DNA of 64,000 nt. Source: Octopus vulgaris. Its lineage: Eukaryota. Below are positions 1 through 58,727 of the stretch, in pieces. The notes below the pieces were generated by a model that saw only the letters and a program-made list of their open reading frames with translations, had not been told where the DNA came from and did no database searches. The position numbers and the translations under genes were made by a program. Numbering within the stretch: the stretch's first letter is position 1; the number at the start of each line of letters is the position of its first letter. The stretch covers positions 15,376,001-15,440,000 of the forward strand of contig OX597835.1 of NCBI GenBank assembly GCA_951406725.2, read 5' to 3'.

Positions 1-362
1 ACATGAGGCTCCATCGTTGGTTTTCGGCAACCGATGTAGAGCCAACAAGAATAGGTTTGGTGTTTAATTCCAGGGGAAAGAATTTAAACTATCAATAAAT
101 AGATTTGTTGCATAAACCACCAGTGCGTCGAACAAAATTCTTGGCGACGTTTCTTCGAGCTTTTGGCATGTTCCAGATTCAAATTCCGTCCAGATCGACT
201 TTGCCTTTCTTCCTTTCGAGTTGAACATTGGGGTTCTGTATAATCGACCGAAACCATTATTCTATGCTAATTTAGTTACCCCTGGGTCACATTTGTGACT
301 TCCACTGAGTTCATTAATTATCTATCTTTCTATCCGCTCAGTCGTAGTCAACTCTCGGTCAC

Positions 363-710
363 TCATTGGATCAGTGTCCTCCAGTCAGTCCTATCCTGAG
401 CCGCTTCTTTCAGATTGGCTATGTCCATTCCGGTATCACTCTTGATGGTGTCAAGCCAGCGGGTTCTTGGTCGGCCTCTTCCTCTCTTGCCACTGACCAT
501 TCCAAGCATGATGTCCTTCTCCAGGGATTTTCTCCGCATAATATGACCGAAATATGCCAATCTATGCTTGGTGATCCTAGCTTCTAGCGACATTTTCGGC
601 TTGATCTGCTTAAGAACTTCTCCATTGGTGAGCCTCGCTGTCCATGGAATCCGTAAATGTCTTCTCCAACACCAAAGCTCGAATGCATTAATTCTCTTCT
701 GGTCAGCTTT
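363..710 (-). mobile_element. RTE-clade LINE, 3' end fragment
   Basis: LEARITKHRLAYFGHIMRRKSLEKDIMLGMVSGKRGRGRPRTRWLD is the typical RTE/BovB ORF C-terminus. Confidence 0.85.
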
Positions 711-729
711 CTTTATATTCTTTTTTTAT

Positions 730-905
730 TCTTTTACTTGTTTCAGTCATTTGACTGCGGCCATGCTGGAGCACCGGGACTTATTCTTTTTAAGCCCAGT
801 ACTTATTCTATCGGTCTCTTTTGCCGAACCGCTAGTGACGGGGACGTAAACACACCAGCATCGGTTGTCAAGCAATGCTAGGGGGACAAACAGACATACA
901 CACAA

Positions 906-936
<31 letters not shown>

Positions 937-1111
937 CATACATACATACGATGGGCTTCTTTCAGTTTCCGTCTACCAAATCCACTCACAAGGCATTGGT
1001 CGGCCCGGGGCTATAGCAGAAGACACTTGCCCAATATGCCACGCAGTGGGACTGAACCCGGAACCATGTGGTTGGTTAGCAAGCTACTTACCACACAGCC
1101 ACTCCTGCGCC
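730..1111 (-). mobile_element. tRNA-headed composite SINE ('SINE-A', my label), minus copy
   Basis: Head GGCGCAGGAGTGGCTGTGTGGTAAG...GGTTCAGTCCC (A/B-box-like), internal (TA)n(TG)n, tail ...GAAACAAGTAAAAGAG; more than 15 copies in the window. Confidence 0.85.
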
Positions 1112-1907
1112 TATATATATATATAACTTCCAGTTAAATCATCGAAGTTGTTCCCCTTGGGTCAGTTATCTCCTAAGTACCTCATTGTTTTCCATGTTAA
1201 CCACAAAGCTTGTTTCTGGGTGTCTCTATCTTCTATCTTTTATCTGCTTGACTGCGGCCATGCTGGAGTGTCACCTTGACGGGATTTTAGTAAAACAAAT
1301 CAATTTCGGAGCTTTTTTTTTTTTTTTTTTGTAAAAATCTAGTACTTATAATATCGATCTCGATACCGATCTGCTAAGTTATGGGGACGTAAACACACCA
1401 ACACCAGTTGTCAAGCCGTGATGGGAGAGAGCACTGACACACGCACACACACACATATATCTCGTGTTTGTGTGGTAAGAAGCTTACGTCCCAGCCACAT
1501 CATGGTCCCAGGTTCAGTACCACTGCATGGCACCTTGGGCAAGTGTCTGCATTTGCCCCCACCACCACCACCACCACCGCTTGACAACCGGTGCTGGTGT
1601 GTTTACGTCCCCGTAACTTAGCAGTCCGGCAAAAGAGATCGATAGAAAAGTGACAGGCTTTATTAAAAAAAAAGTACTGGGGTTGATACATTTTACAAAA
1701 GAACTCTTTCAAGGCAGTGCCCCAGAATGGCCGCAGCCTAATGACTGAAACAAGTAAAAGATAAAAGATATATAAATATGTATATACGACGGGCTTCGTT
1801 CAGTTTCCGTCTATCAAATTCACTCATACACGTTGGTTTGCATCAAAATTCAGCTTGTACCTACCATTGGAACACAATGCCTGGCTAGTAAGTAGCGCTA
1901 ACATACA

Positions 1908-2300
1908 CCTGTGCCAGTGGCACATAAAAAGCACCATCCGAACGTGGCCGACGCCAGCACTGCCTCGACTGGCTCCAGTGCCAGTGGCACATAAAAAGCA
2001 CCATCCGAACGTGGCCGATACCAGCGTCGACTTGACTAGCTTCCGTGCCGGTGGCACGTTAAAAGCACCAACCAATCGTGGCCGATGCCAGACTCCCCTG
2101 GCACCTATGCCGGTGGCACGTAAAAAGCACCCACTGCACTTGCGGAGTGGTTGGCGTTAGGAAGGGCATCCAGCTGTAGAAACACTGCCAGATCAGACTG
2201 GAGCCTGGTGCAGCCTTCTGGCTTCCCAGATCCCCAGTCGAACCGTCCAACCCATGCTAGCGCGGAAAACGGACGTTAAACGATGATGATGATGATGATG
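1908..2300 (+). mobile_element. (GAT)n-tailed retroposon ('SINE-C') with internal ~65-bp tandem units
   Basis: Repeated GTGCCGGTGGCACGTAAAAAGCACC units, then GGTTGGCGTTAGGAAGGGCATCCAG and a (GAT)n tail. Other copies near 4620-4940, 6510-6990(-), 8157-8400(-), 18990-19175, 19855-20250, 43295-43570(-), 61077-61270, 62060-62290, 62892-63150(-). Confidence 0.8.
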
Positions 2301-5300
2301 GATGTCTCCATAAAGAGTAATTAGGTTTCTGACACAATTAAAGACTTCAAATTTGTGGAAAGGAATTTAATTAATTAAAGCAACTGCTGTACTTGACTGA
2401 TTCCCTATTATGTTCATGAGTGATCTAACTGCCTTTTTGAGACAAACCACCATTGAGAGTGGGTTAGGGAGACCCATCAGTAGGGAATGCAATGGTAAGG
2501 TCCAGTATGAAACTTCTGTGATGAGAAGTGGATGAAGTTGGTAGCTTAAGCAAGAATTTCTTGTACCAGATACCATGAGATATTTTGTTTGCTGATGTCC
2601 CTTGATATTCGTCAAATTTGTTGGATTTACACCAGTTATCTTGTCGCTTTTTAATGTCTGATTTCCCATGTTTGGATGGGTCAAACAGAACTTGCTGAGG
2701 CTGAGATTTTGTATGGCACCTACTACACTCTCGGAGTGGTTGGCATTAGGAAGGGCATCCAGCTGTAGAAACTCTGCCAGATCAGATTGGAACCTGGTGC
2801 AGCCATCTTGTTTGCCAGTCCTCAGTCAAATCGTCCAACCCATGCTAGCATGGAAAGCAGACATTAAACGAGGATGATGATGTGTGTGTATATGTAATCA
2901 GGCTTCTTTCAGTTTCTAACTAGCAAATCCACTCACAAGGCTTTAGTTGACCAGGGGCTACAGGAGCAGACCCTTGCTCCAGGCGTCACACAATGGGACT
3001 GAACCCAAAACCCTGTTGCAGGGAAGCAAACTTCTCGACCACACAGCCACACCTGTGCCTATAATTTGTTTATATTTTCAACAAGTCTAGTGGGTGTGGC
3101 AAGGGTGGAACTTCACATATCTGAATGTTATTTAATTCTTGAAGCTATTTACTTCTTTACTTTGCCAAAAATAATTGGCATTATGACTCCAATTTTATTA
3201 TTTTGTTGCCAGCTGATGTTTTAAGCTTAGAGAGAGAATTTATGTCTAAACACAAAATATATATATATCCACAATAATTAAGAGCTTGTTTAAACTTCAA
3301 CATGTTATTGCATTGCAATAAATTGAAGTGTGTGTGTGTGTGTATATATATATATACATATGTATTTATACATACACATACAAACACACACACACATCCC
3401 TGTAAAAAGCAAGGATTTGTAAACATCAAAAAATATATCCACAGTTATTAAAAGCTCAATTAATGACAAGTTATTAAACTCCAATATCTTCTTACATCCT
3501 CATTTGCATCATCATTTGCCGGACAGTTTGACAGGATCTGACAGCCTCAAAGACTGTCCCGTGCTCCAGTATTTGTTTTGGCGTGATTTCTATGTTTCAA
3601 TGCCATTTATTATGCTAACCACCTTACAGCTGACACTGGGTGCATTTTTTGTGGCACTAGCACTAATGAGGTTGCCATCCATACAACACCTGCAAGACTT
3701 AGATCCCTTTCAACAACAAATCCAGGTGAAACCAACTTTCATTTATGAATAGAATCAGCAGAAGCAATCTTTTACAGTAACATATCCAGCTGTAAAAACC
3801 ATGGCAGACAGTGGAATTTGGTGCAGTTCTCTGGCTTGCCAGCTTCTGTCAAACCATCCAACATTTAATGATGATGGTATTGAGGATAAAAAGCAGAAAA
3901 GCATAAATTTCACATTTAGTTTGTAATTTGTGTCTCGCAGCTGTTTCGGGGGTGGTTTTTTTTTTTCTCCCTGTCTTGTAAGATTTTTGGCAACCTTACT
4001 TGGCAAGTACCATGGCATGAAAAAAATATATGATCATGAGGTCATGGTCTCAATTCCAGAACAAAGCAGCACACTGGGTCCGAGAGCAAGACATTTTTTG
4101 CTTTATGCTGCCTCAGTCCACTCAGCTGTAAAGAAGCAAACAACTGGGTGATGCTACAGCCCTGCCCCATCCCCCCACACATGATGGGCCTCTGTCTACC
4201 AAATTCACTCAGTGTATTGTATGAAGTGGGTGGCATTAAGTTTGGAAGAGCATCCGTCTGAAGAAACGGTGCCAGAGCTGATGCTGAAGCTCAGTGTGGC
4301 CCTGGTGCTTGCTGGACCCTTTCAAACTGTCCAACCCCTACCAGCATGAAAAACAGATATCAACTGCTGATGATGCTGAAATTAACTTAACCCTTTAGCA
4401 TTCAGATTAATCTGTCAAATGTAAAGCCTGTTTAATCACATCATCATCATCATCATCATCATTTAGCGTCCCTGTTTATTTTTAGAATGACTTTGTAGGG
4501 TAGGTGTGAGAGGTCAGAGCTGGCTGGTTTGAGAATAAAACAGGAAAACAATTTTGGCCTGGTATGGCCAGTTTAAACACTAAAGGGTTAAAAACCATGT
4601 TTACCAAATCCTCAAGAGTATCACAGCAGGCACATAAAAAGCACCATCCGTTCGTGTCCATTGCCAGCCTCGCCTGGCCCCCGTGCCGGTGGCACATAAA
4701 AAGCACCATCCGTTCGTGGCCGTTTGCCAGCTCTGTCTGGCACCTGTGCGGGTGGCACGTAAAAAGCACCCACTACACTCACGGAGTGGTTGGCGTTAGG
4801 AAGGGCATCCAGCCGTAGAAACACTGCCAGATTTGACTGGGCCTGATGAAGCCTTCTGGCTTCACAGACCCCAGTAGAACCGTCCAACCCATGCTAGCAT
4901 GGAAAACGGACGCTAAACGATGATGATGATGATGATAATGAACCGTTTCAATATTTGATGGTAATTTGTTTTTTGTTTTTTTTGTTTCTTTCAGAGAAGT
5001 CCGACGTTACATTTAAGGTTAAAAAAGGTAAGGAATAACAAGAAGGTAAAATGGACGAATGATACGGTTGACAATGAGGGCCTGAACCGAAAGAAATCGA
5101 AATGTAAGTGAGACCTTCTCTAGAAAAACTAATTGAATCTTTTGATGCCAATATAATCGAAACAATTTCTGGTTCTTATTTTAGGATGAGAACTTTCTGT
5201 TTTTTTAAATTATCTAAATTGAAACCTTCCATCAGTATTTCATCTTAATTTATTCTCAGAACACCAGGCTTCTAATGACAAAAGTTATTTAACTAAATTC

Positions 5301-8300
5301 TTCCATTATTTTCAAAAGGATTAAACAAGAAGTTAATAACCTAACTTCTTTGCTCATTTGAGTGAATTTGGTAGACAGAGGCCCATCATGTGTGTGTGTG
5401 TGTGTATATAAGCACATATATATACATATGTATGTGTGTATATATCATATCATCATCAGGCTCCAATCTGATCTGGCAAAATTTCTACAGTTGGATGCCC
5501 TTCCTAATGCCAACCACTCCAAGAGTGTAGTGGGTGCTGTTTATGTGCCATCGACATGAGGGCCAGTCAGGAGGTACTAGCATGAACCACACTTGAATGG
5601 TGCTTTTTACATGCCACCAGTACAGGTGCCAATCAGACAGTACTGTCATCAGCCATGACATTGACTTCACTTGACTCAACAGGTCTTCGCAAGCATAGTT
5701 CATTGCCCAATGATTGAAGGGTACTCTTAAATGGGCCAGTCATGCTGCACTGACATAGGCCACGGTTACAATCTCACTTGGCTTGCCGGGTCTTCTTAAG
5801 CACAACATATCTCCAAAGATCTCAGTCACTTGTCATCACATCTGTGAGGCCCAACGTTCGAAGGTCATGCTTCACCATGTATGTAAGTAGGTATGTAGAA
5901 CTCCTTAGGACTGCCTGCCCGGTTTCCATTACATATAAAGTGACCGAGATGTCAGCATTCACCCTGAACAGTCCCTCGCAGGATTGCTCTTTTACTGATG
6001 AGTAGATGGGACCAACATGAAACCAAGTGCTTTGCTTAAGCACACTATGCACCACCTAGTCTGGGAATCAATCCCTTAATCTTGCAATCATGAGCGCAAC
6101 GGCCTTACCACTCAACCATGTGCCTCCAACAGTTGTTTTATGCCATCGTTTAATTCATTGATTCTAAATTCAAATTCCGTTAACTGGTACAACAACCCCT
6201 CTTATATTGCCAGTATGAATGATATACGAGGGGGTCGTACCAGATATGACATGAATACATTCCTTCCAGAAATCCAGACATTTTACCTGAAAGAAACCTA
6301 ACTTTCAGAAAGTATTTCTTTAAAGATTTCTAATAGCAATTTTCGTTTTCCAATTTCTTCTTAGGCTGTTGTATATATGAAAAGCCTCGTAACTTTGGAG
6401 AATCTTCATCTGAAGAAGACAATGATGAATGCGACAGTTGTCATGGCCACAAGAGTCACTGCTACAAAACAAAAGATCCCACTGAATCTGAAATAGAAGG
6501 TAACTATGTCATCATCATCATCATCATCATCGTTTAATGTCTGCTTTCCATGCTGGCATGGGTTGGACAGTTTGACTAAGGACTGGTGAGCCAGATGGCT
6601 GCACCAGGCTCCAATGTGATCTGACAGAGTTTCTACGGCTGGATACCCTTCTTAACGCCAACCACGCCAAGAGAGTAGTGGGTGCTTTTACGTGCCACTG
6701 ATACAGTAGCCAGTCAGGTGGTACTGGCAACGGCCACGCTCCAATGGTGGTTCTTTACATGCCACCCTGCACAGGAGCCAGTCCAGCCGCACTGGCAACG
6801 ACCTCGCTCGAATGTTTTTTTCACGTGCCAGTGAGGCGACACTGGTAATGATCATGCTTGAATGGTGCTTTTTACGTGCCACCGGCATGGAAGCTAGTTA
6901 GCTGCTCTAGCAAGGATCACGCTTGGATGGTGCTCTTAGCGCTCCACTAGCATGGATGCCAGTCTTCAAATTTGATTTCGATTTCACTTCTTGGCTCAAC
7001 AGATCTTCGAGAGAAGTGGGGGTTTTTTACCCCCACTATTCTAAGTCAGTGGTTCGCAATTTTTTTCTCTGAATTGCATTTTCAAAATGGAAATTTGCTT
7101 GCAAATCACCACAGGTCCAGAGAGAGAGGGTTAAAGGGTGATAACCATGGATTCGAAGTCAGAATATTATCGTTGATAACACTCTCCTCCAATTTGCAGA
7201 CCCAAGTTACTATATATATATTCTTAACACATAAAGCGCAACAGGCCAAGATTGTGGTCGACAGGCCACAATCGTGGCCCAAATAGGTGCAATTAATTTA
7301 TGTCTAATGTCACACAAATGTTCCAGTACCCCCCCCCCCCCAAAGTGCAGGACGACTAATAAGTTCAACTAATGACTTTTCAGATGATGTATAAAACTTG
7401 CCACCATTATATACTAAGAAGATATTTTAACTATTTTGGGGTTTTTTTATGTGTGCCTGGTAGTTTCGTTTTCATAAAATGTTCCCTGCAATCCATGCTA
7501 TGTGAGTGCAAATCCCAACACTTTATGGGTTGATACTTGGTATAATGCAAAAATATCACAATGATAAAATCAATCAATAATTATTTATCCTGGAACTCCT
7601 GCATGCAATTACAAGTAATCAATAATGATATTTTAAATTTTGAAATCATTTATTTTTGGCGTTTGGATATTTTGAAACTGTTTCTAAATCTTTGATTGTC
7701 TTTGAATCATTCCGCCTCACCCGGTTTCCTTCTGTCTAGGAGGGTAACTTTCGAGGTGCAATCCCATGGTCATTCATGACCGAAGGGGGTCTTTACCCTT
7801 ACCTGCATGCAATTACAAGTAATCGATAATGATATTTTAAATTTTGAAATCATTTATTTTTGGCGTTTGGAACTGTTTCTAAATCTTTGATTGTCTTTGA
7901 ATCATTCCGCCTCACCCGGTTTCCTCTTCTGCCACACCATTTGGAAACCCCCGTTCTAAGGGTTCAGGAGAAGAGATTGGAAAGTAGAATCCCTGATCAG
8001 ACATTTTACTATATCTAGTAAATGTTCTCGCAGAGCATTGGAAATGAACGACACAGCTTGTATGGCAGCAGCGACAGTGGAGGCCCAATGGTTAGGGCAG
8101 CAGACACGCGGTTGGAGGATCGTGGTTTCAATTCGCAGACCGGGCGTTGTGTGTTTCATCATCATCATCATCATCATTTAGCATCCGCTTTCCATGCTAG
8201 CATGGGTTGGACGGTTCAACTGGGGTCTGGGAAGCCAGAAGGCTGCACCAGGCCCAGTTTGATCTGGCAATGTTTCTACGGCTGGATGCCCTTCCTAACG

Positions 8301-10077
8301 CCAACCACTCCATGAGAGTAGTGGGTGCTTTTTATGTGCCACTGGCACAGGTGCCAGACGAGTCTGGCAAACGGTCACAAACGGATGGTGCTTTTTACGT
8401 GTTTATTGAGCAAAAACACCTAAAGCTCCACGAGGCTCTGGCAGGGTGTGGTGGCGACCCCTGTTGTACTCTTTCATCCCAACTTTCTCTCGCTCTTTCT
8501 TCCTGTTTCTTGTCCCCAACTTCCTACGCAACCGCTGAGCCTGGATGCGCATTCATCCATCCATCGATGCTCTCGGTGTCAGGGGTTGACGTGCTTTCTC
8601 TTCTGCAGGTCTTACGAATAGCAAAGGACCACGTTTCGGACTTTTCCCATCTTGCGAGCTCTGGGACGAAGACCGTTCGCTCAACAGCAACAGCGACAAT
8701 CATTTTACAACTAGCATACAATGTCAAAACAGGAACACACACACACACACCCACAAAGGGCTTCTTTCAGTTTCTGCCTATATAATCCACTCACAAACCT
8801 TTGATCAGCCTAGGGCTATATAGTCAAAGGCCATTCCCAAGATGCCAAACAGTGAGACTGAACCCGGAACAATGTAGTTGGGAAACATGCCTACCCTCAG
8901 GGACTTCCAAATTTCTTCAATTGAGAAATGGTCATTCACTTACCAATGTTTTTTTTTGAGGGGGGGGTGTCATGAATTAAACACAAAAAATTAAGAGGTT
9001 TCTTTTTTTTTGTTTTTTTTTTATTGGTTTTGTTATCTTCTATTTTATGCAATTATATTTTTAATTTTCCGTTATCGTCTTGTACAAATTCTTTTTATGT
9101 AATCGTCTTTGAAATTGTATCGCAAGTTTGTAACTCGTTAAATTTAATCTAATTATTTTTATTTGTTTATTTATTTGTTTATTTATTCATTTTTTTTTTT
9201 TTTTGTCGTGACTTCAATTCTAGGATCCAAGTCTCCCCCAGGAAAAAATTGTTCACACAAAGATAATCACAATAAAGATGGCAAGGATAATAATGATAAC
9301 AATAACTATGAAGCTGGAGGAAAGTCTCTGACATAGGAAAATTATTTTTATCATCCTTTTTTGGGTTTTAATCCTACATGCAAGAGGAGAGTACTCAAAA
9401 ACTACTCTCTCTTTCTCTCTCTCGCTCTGTCTCTCTCTCTCTCTTTCTCTTCACATTCTCTTAAACAATTATCTTTTTTCCTATTTTGGTTAACTTAAAG
9501 AACCAAAATATTGCTATGAAAAAAAACAACAACAAAAAAACAAAAAATGTCTGAATCCTTTTTGTAAATTACGTCTGTAGTTTTTTTTTTTTTTTTTTTT
9601 TTTTTTCTTTTTTTGACTTGTGATTTGCAATGTTGCCATTAAATTAATTTTCATGCATTTCTAGTCAAAAGTATTTGGAGTTTGTTTTTTTTCTTCTCTC
9701 CTTCTCTCCGTTCCAGCCCCTTTTTTTTCCGAAAGCCATAAGTTCGGTTTAACCTTTTAGCATCCACATTTATTCTGTCAAGCGTAACGCTTATTTATAA
9801 CCGATTTAAGATACATTATTATGTTTATGTTTAGAATGACATTGTAGGGTAGGTGTGAGAAGCCAGATCTGTCCAGGTTGAATGTTTGGGCGGGATGTAG
9901 CCGGATTAGATGTTCAAGGGTTAATCCTTTAGCATTCAGATTATTCTGTCAAATGTAATGTGGCATCTATATATATTCATATTTATCATCATCATCACTT
10001 AACGTCTGCTTTCCATGCCGGCATGGGTTAGACAGCTTGACTGGAGCTGGTAAGGCCAGAAACTGCACCGGATTCTA

Positions 10078-10275
10078 CAGGGTGTCCACAAATTCTGGGT
10101 ACATGGGGATTAACACATACTTTATTTCTTATATTTAATTCTTTATGTTATGATTTTATTTACTCCATGTACCCACATGGAGATTAACACATGCTTTAAG
10201 AAATTATTTCTTATATTTAATTCTTTATGTTATGATTTTATTTACTCCATGTACCCAGACTTTGTGGACACCCTG
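10078..10275. mobile_element. Tc1/mariner-type MITE with an internal tandem duplication
   Basis: TA|CAGGGTGTCCACAAA...TTTGTGGACACCCTG|TA; an internal ~75-80-bp unit occurs twice. Confidence 0.85.
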
Positions 10276-11728
10276 TATAGTATGTTGTTTTGAATTAATC
10301 CTGCATTATCTCATAGCTTTGAAATTTTGATGGTGTAATTCTGTATTTTTTTTAAATTGTAGAATAGGTGTGAGAGGCTGGATCTGGTCTGTTTGTAATG
10401 AAGTGGGTAGAATATTTCGGGCTAGGGAGTTAACAGGACAAATTTTGAAAATTAAAATAGTAAGATATAATTTGATACCAACTTGATATATTTCTTTGTC
10501 TCTTAGGAAATTGATCTCAAATAAAGCTAGCATCTTTTTTTTTTATTTTTATCATCATCAATATTTAATGTCCATTTTTCCATGCTGGCATGGGTTGGAC
10601 GGCTTGACTGGAACCGGAAAGCCCAAGAGCTGCACCAGGTTCTATAGTCTGTTTTGGCTTGGTTTCTGTGGGGCTGGATGCCCTTCTTAATACCAACCTA
10701 TTTCTTTACTACTCACAAGGGGCGAAACAGAGGGGACAAACAAACGGATTAAGTCGATTACATCGACTCCAGTGCGTAACTGGTACTTAATTTATCGACC
10801 CTGAAAGGATGAAAGGCAAAGTCGACCTCGGCAGAATTTGAACTCAGAACGTAGCGGCAGGCCTGACTGGCTACTGTGCCGGTGGCACGTAAAAGCACCC
10901 ACTACTCGGCAGAATTTGAACTCAGAACGTAACGACAGACGAAATACAGCTATGCATTTCACCCGGTGTGCTAACGATTCTGCCAGCTCACCACCTTTAC
11001 CAACCACTGTGCAGAGTATATTGGGTGCTTTTTACCTGGAACCATCACCATTGTTTTTTTATGTGGTGCCAACACCAGTACTTTTCACATGGCACCAACA
11101 CCAATGCTTTTTACATGGTTTTATTCTAAACCATTGTTTCATCCTTGTTTCATGTTCTTGGACAATATCAAAATATTGAAAATGTAATTAAAAGTCAGGA
11201 AAACTTGATAAAAAAAAATTGTATTTTTTTTCCATGAATTTCAGTTATTGTTCGATGGCTTATATTCTTTATGATTAAATATCTCAATTTCTTAATCAGA
11301 TTAATACATACTGTTAATTAAATCAATTATTTAAAAACAATTCATTATTTCTACAGAGGTTATTGCTGCTTGGTGTAGGGGTACAGTTTACAGGAGACGC
11401 AGTGTTCAAGTCACGCAGACAGCATTAGATTTAAAAAATTTTTTTTTTAGATTAACTATGTAGCATTTAATCCAACCACATCCATCCCAGATATTCAAAT
11501 TGTTTTTAATGTTTAAACTGATCAAATCCAGCCTCTCACACCTACCTTTTAATGCTTTTCTAAATATATTCAAGCACGTCTCCAAAATCTTGAAGCTTCA
11601 AAATAACACACGGTTAATTCAAACTTCCGTAAATAAACAAGATTTACAAGAATGACGGTAATCTGGTTGCCAAAGAGTTAATAAATATCTTGAAATATTG
11701 TCATCGAAGCAATTTAATAAGCAACATA

Positions 11729-12115
11729 GGCACAGGAGTGGCTGTGTGGTAAGTAGCTTGTTTACCAACCGCATGGTTCCGGGTTCAGTCCCACTGCGTG
11801 GCACCTTGGGCAAGTGTCTTCTACTATAGCCTCGGGCCGACCAAAGCCTTGTGAGTGGATTTGGTAGACGGAAACTGAAAGAAGCCCGTCGTATATATAT
11901 ATATATGTATGTGTTTGTGTTTGTCCCCCTAGCATTGCTTGACAACCGATGCTGGTGTGTTTATGTCCTCCGTAACTTAGCGGTTTGGCAAAAGAGACCG
12001 ATAGAATAAGTACTAGGCTTACAAAGAATAAGTCCTGGGGTCGATTTGCTCGACTAAAGGCAGTGCTCCAGCATGGCCGCAGTCAAATGACTGAAACAAG
12101 TAAAAGAGTAAAGAG
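11729..12115 (+). mobile_element. SINE-A, full plus copy
   Basis: Same consensus as 730-1111. Other plus copies near 18092-18490, 24270-24690, 26051-26476, 28236-28480, 31082-31590, 34458-34850, 53489-53890. Confidence 0.85.
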
Positions 12116-12185
12116 TATATCTGTTTTTAGCATTGGAAACAAAAGGGAATCCTTTTTTTTTTTTTTGTTTTTCTCTAGATCTTTA

Positions 12186-12440
12186 TACTTTACTCTTTAC
12201 TCTTTTACTCTTTTTACTTGTTTCAGTCATTTGACTGCGGCCATGCTGGAGCACCGCCTTTAGTCGAGCAAATCGACCCCCGGGACTTATTCTTTGTAAG
12301 CCCAGTACTTATTCTATCGGCCTCTTTTGCCGAACCGCTAAGTGACGGGGACATAAACACACCAGCATCGGTTGTCAAGCAATGCTAGGGGAACAAACAC
12401 AGACACACAAACATATACACACACACTTACATATATATAC

Positions 12441-12473
<33 letters not shown>

Positions 12474-12926
12474 TGTGTACAGTGCTCAGGTGCACTACAA
12501 CTCATCTAAAGTGTATATATAATCAGGTGTAGTTTCGCGGATTTCGGAAAGCATGAGGGCCTTAAAAGATGCAGTGTCATGGCAGTCAACAACTGACGCA
12601 GGCAGTTTATTCCATGCTTCAGCAATTCTGAGCGTGAAAAAATGTTTCCGAAAGTCATGGGAGCTGTATTGTTTTCTGACTTTGTAGGCATGTCCACGTG
12701 TGTTAGACACATGGAGATCAAAAAGGTGTTCAGTGTTGTTGTTGGTGAGGTGGTTGATAACTTTGTGGGGCTTCTTTCAGTTTCCGTCTACCAAATCCAC
12801 TCACAAGGCATTGGTCGGCCCGGGGCTATAGCAGAAGACACTTGCCCAAGATGCCACGCAGTGGGACTGAACCCGGAACCATGTGGTTGGTTAGCAAGCT
12901 ACTTACCAAACAGCCACTCCTGCGCC
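12186..12926 (-). mobile_element. SINE-A minus copy interrupted by a CR1-like LINE 3' end (~12450-12765)
   Basis: SINE halves flank RGHAYKVRKQ...RKHFFTLRIAEAWNKLP (CR1 C-terminal motif) with an (ATT)n tail. Confidence 0.8.
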
Positions 12927-14806
12927 TTATTGAAAATTATTTTAGATTTCTTCCGAAGCAGATTCTTTACTTTATGTTCAAATTAGAGATCGATTAACAT
13001 ATATTGTTTAATCAATAAAACAATTCAGTATTAATTAAGAATTTATTGTTCCTTTGGTGTGAGTGGTTTAACACAGTTATACATTTAACAGCAGTCGCAG
13101 TATTCGAGTCACACAGGCAATGGTACAACTATTTTTTTTCTAATTTCTTTATTAGAGTAATATAAATATTATTAATATATTTGTCTTCTAACTAATTAAT
13201 AAACAATATATCTATTTTGTGTTGTGGGGGGTGGGGAGAAATAAAGAATTTATCTTTTTTTTTGTCTAGATCTCTGCAACTTCACAATTTGTTGAAAAAT
13301 TATCATTTTTAGATCTATTTCTGGAAAAAAGATTTTTTGAACATTTTTTTTTACTTTATTTTCAAGTTAATAAAAGAGGAGAGATTTTTTTTAAAATAAC
13401 TAACAATTACAAAGTTTAGAACAATTTTAACCTCGAAAAGGAAAACGAAAACTGATAGCATTTTCATAAACAAGACTTAACGATGAAATGCATTGAAAAA
13501 AAAAACCATCCAAAAGATGATGTTAAAACTATAAGAAGAAATCGTTAACGACAGAGAAGGGTACATTTTTGACATTGTAGAAAAATATTTTCTATAAGTT
13601 TTAGAATTTAGGATTAACGTTAGGTAGATTATAAACTATGCACGTCTATATTCATCTGAACAGCTTTGATTTTGACAAAATACAATTTCAACAGACAAAC
13701 GTAAATTTAGAAATACAAGGCTTGAAATTTGAGGGGAGGGTGTTAGCTGGTTATAGCAACCCTCTGTACTTGACTGGTACCAGGTACTTCATTTCATCAA
13801 TCCCCCAAAAGGGTGTAACATGAAACAGACCTCATTGAGATTCAGTTACATCAACCTCACTCCCATCCTCCTCCTCCCTGTACTGAACTGGTACCTGGTA
13901 CTTCATTTTAACAATTATGAATGGTGAAGCTAACCTCAGCAGGATTTGAACTCAAAATGTTAAGAGTCAAAACAAATCTTGCAAGGCAGTTTTGTCTGAC
14001 ACTCTAACATTTCTGCCAAGGGTTTCACCCTTTAACATGAGTAAACAATAAATATCTTTAAAATTTCAACCAAATGTTTAACAAAAAGTCTCTTCCATTA
14101 AAGACCTTTAAATGGTCTTGAACTTTTTTTTTTTTTTTTTAATATTTTAATACTAACTTCAAAATTTTTAATTGTGAAATAATTAACTTTTGATTTGGGC
14201 AGTTTCATTAGATTTAGAAAATTACAAAATTTTTTTCTCTCTAAAGATAAATTTTTTTTTTTTAAGTTCATTTTATATTTTATAAAACCTATGTTTTATT
14301 TGATAACATATCACTTAAGCCCTCATAATCCTTTAATCTTTTACACTTAAATCATGTAACGAATGTTTTATCTACTCATCATCATCATTCTTAAACCATT
14401 AGCTTAGTTCTTCTCCTACCCCCACCTTTTAAAGTTAAAATAGATGGTTTAATCCTTACAATCTACTGATTTAAAATTTTGGTGTAAGACCAGTAATTTT
14501 GGGGGTGGGGTGGAGTAAATCAATTACATCGACCCCCCCCCCCGCTTTTAGTGGAGGCACAAGGCCTCAAATTTGTGGGGAGGCTACCACCTCACTGCCT
14601 TAATCAACAGGATTAGAATATTCAGTTCATTATTATTCTTTGTGTAATTGAATTTCATACAAGTTGAAAGATGTACATAATTACAAATAAGTTTGTTTGT
14701 TTTTTTCTTTGTAGAAATATTTTTAAGCAAAGTCTAATTTTTCCCTCTTAGTGTGTGTGTGTGTGTGTTTCATATAATTTAGATGCTATTTTCCAAAAGA
14801 GAAATA

Positions 14807-58727
<43,921 letters not shown>

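Noticed and set aside
1908-2135. CRISPR-like repeat-spacer appearance
   Set aside because: Eukaryotic context, linkers are homologous to each other, units sit inside a dispersed (GAT)n-tailed retroposon, and there are no cas genes
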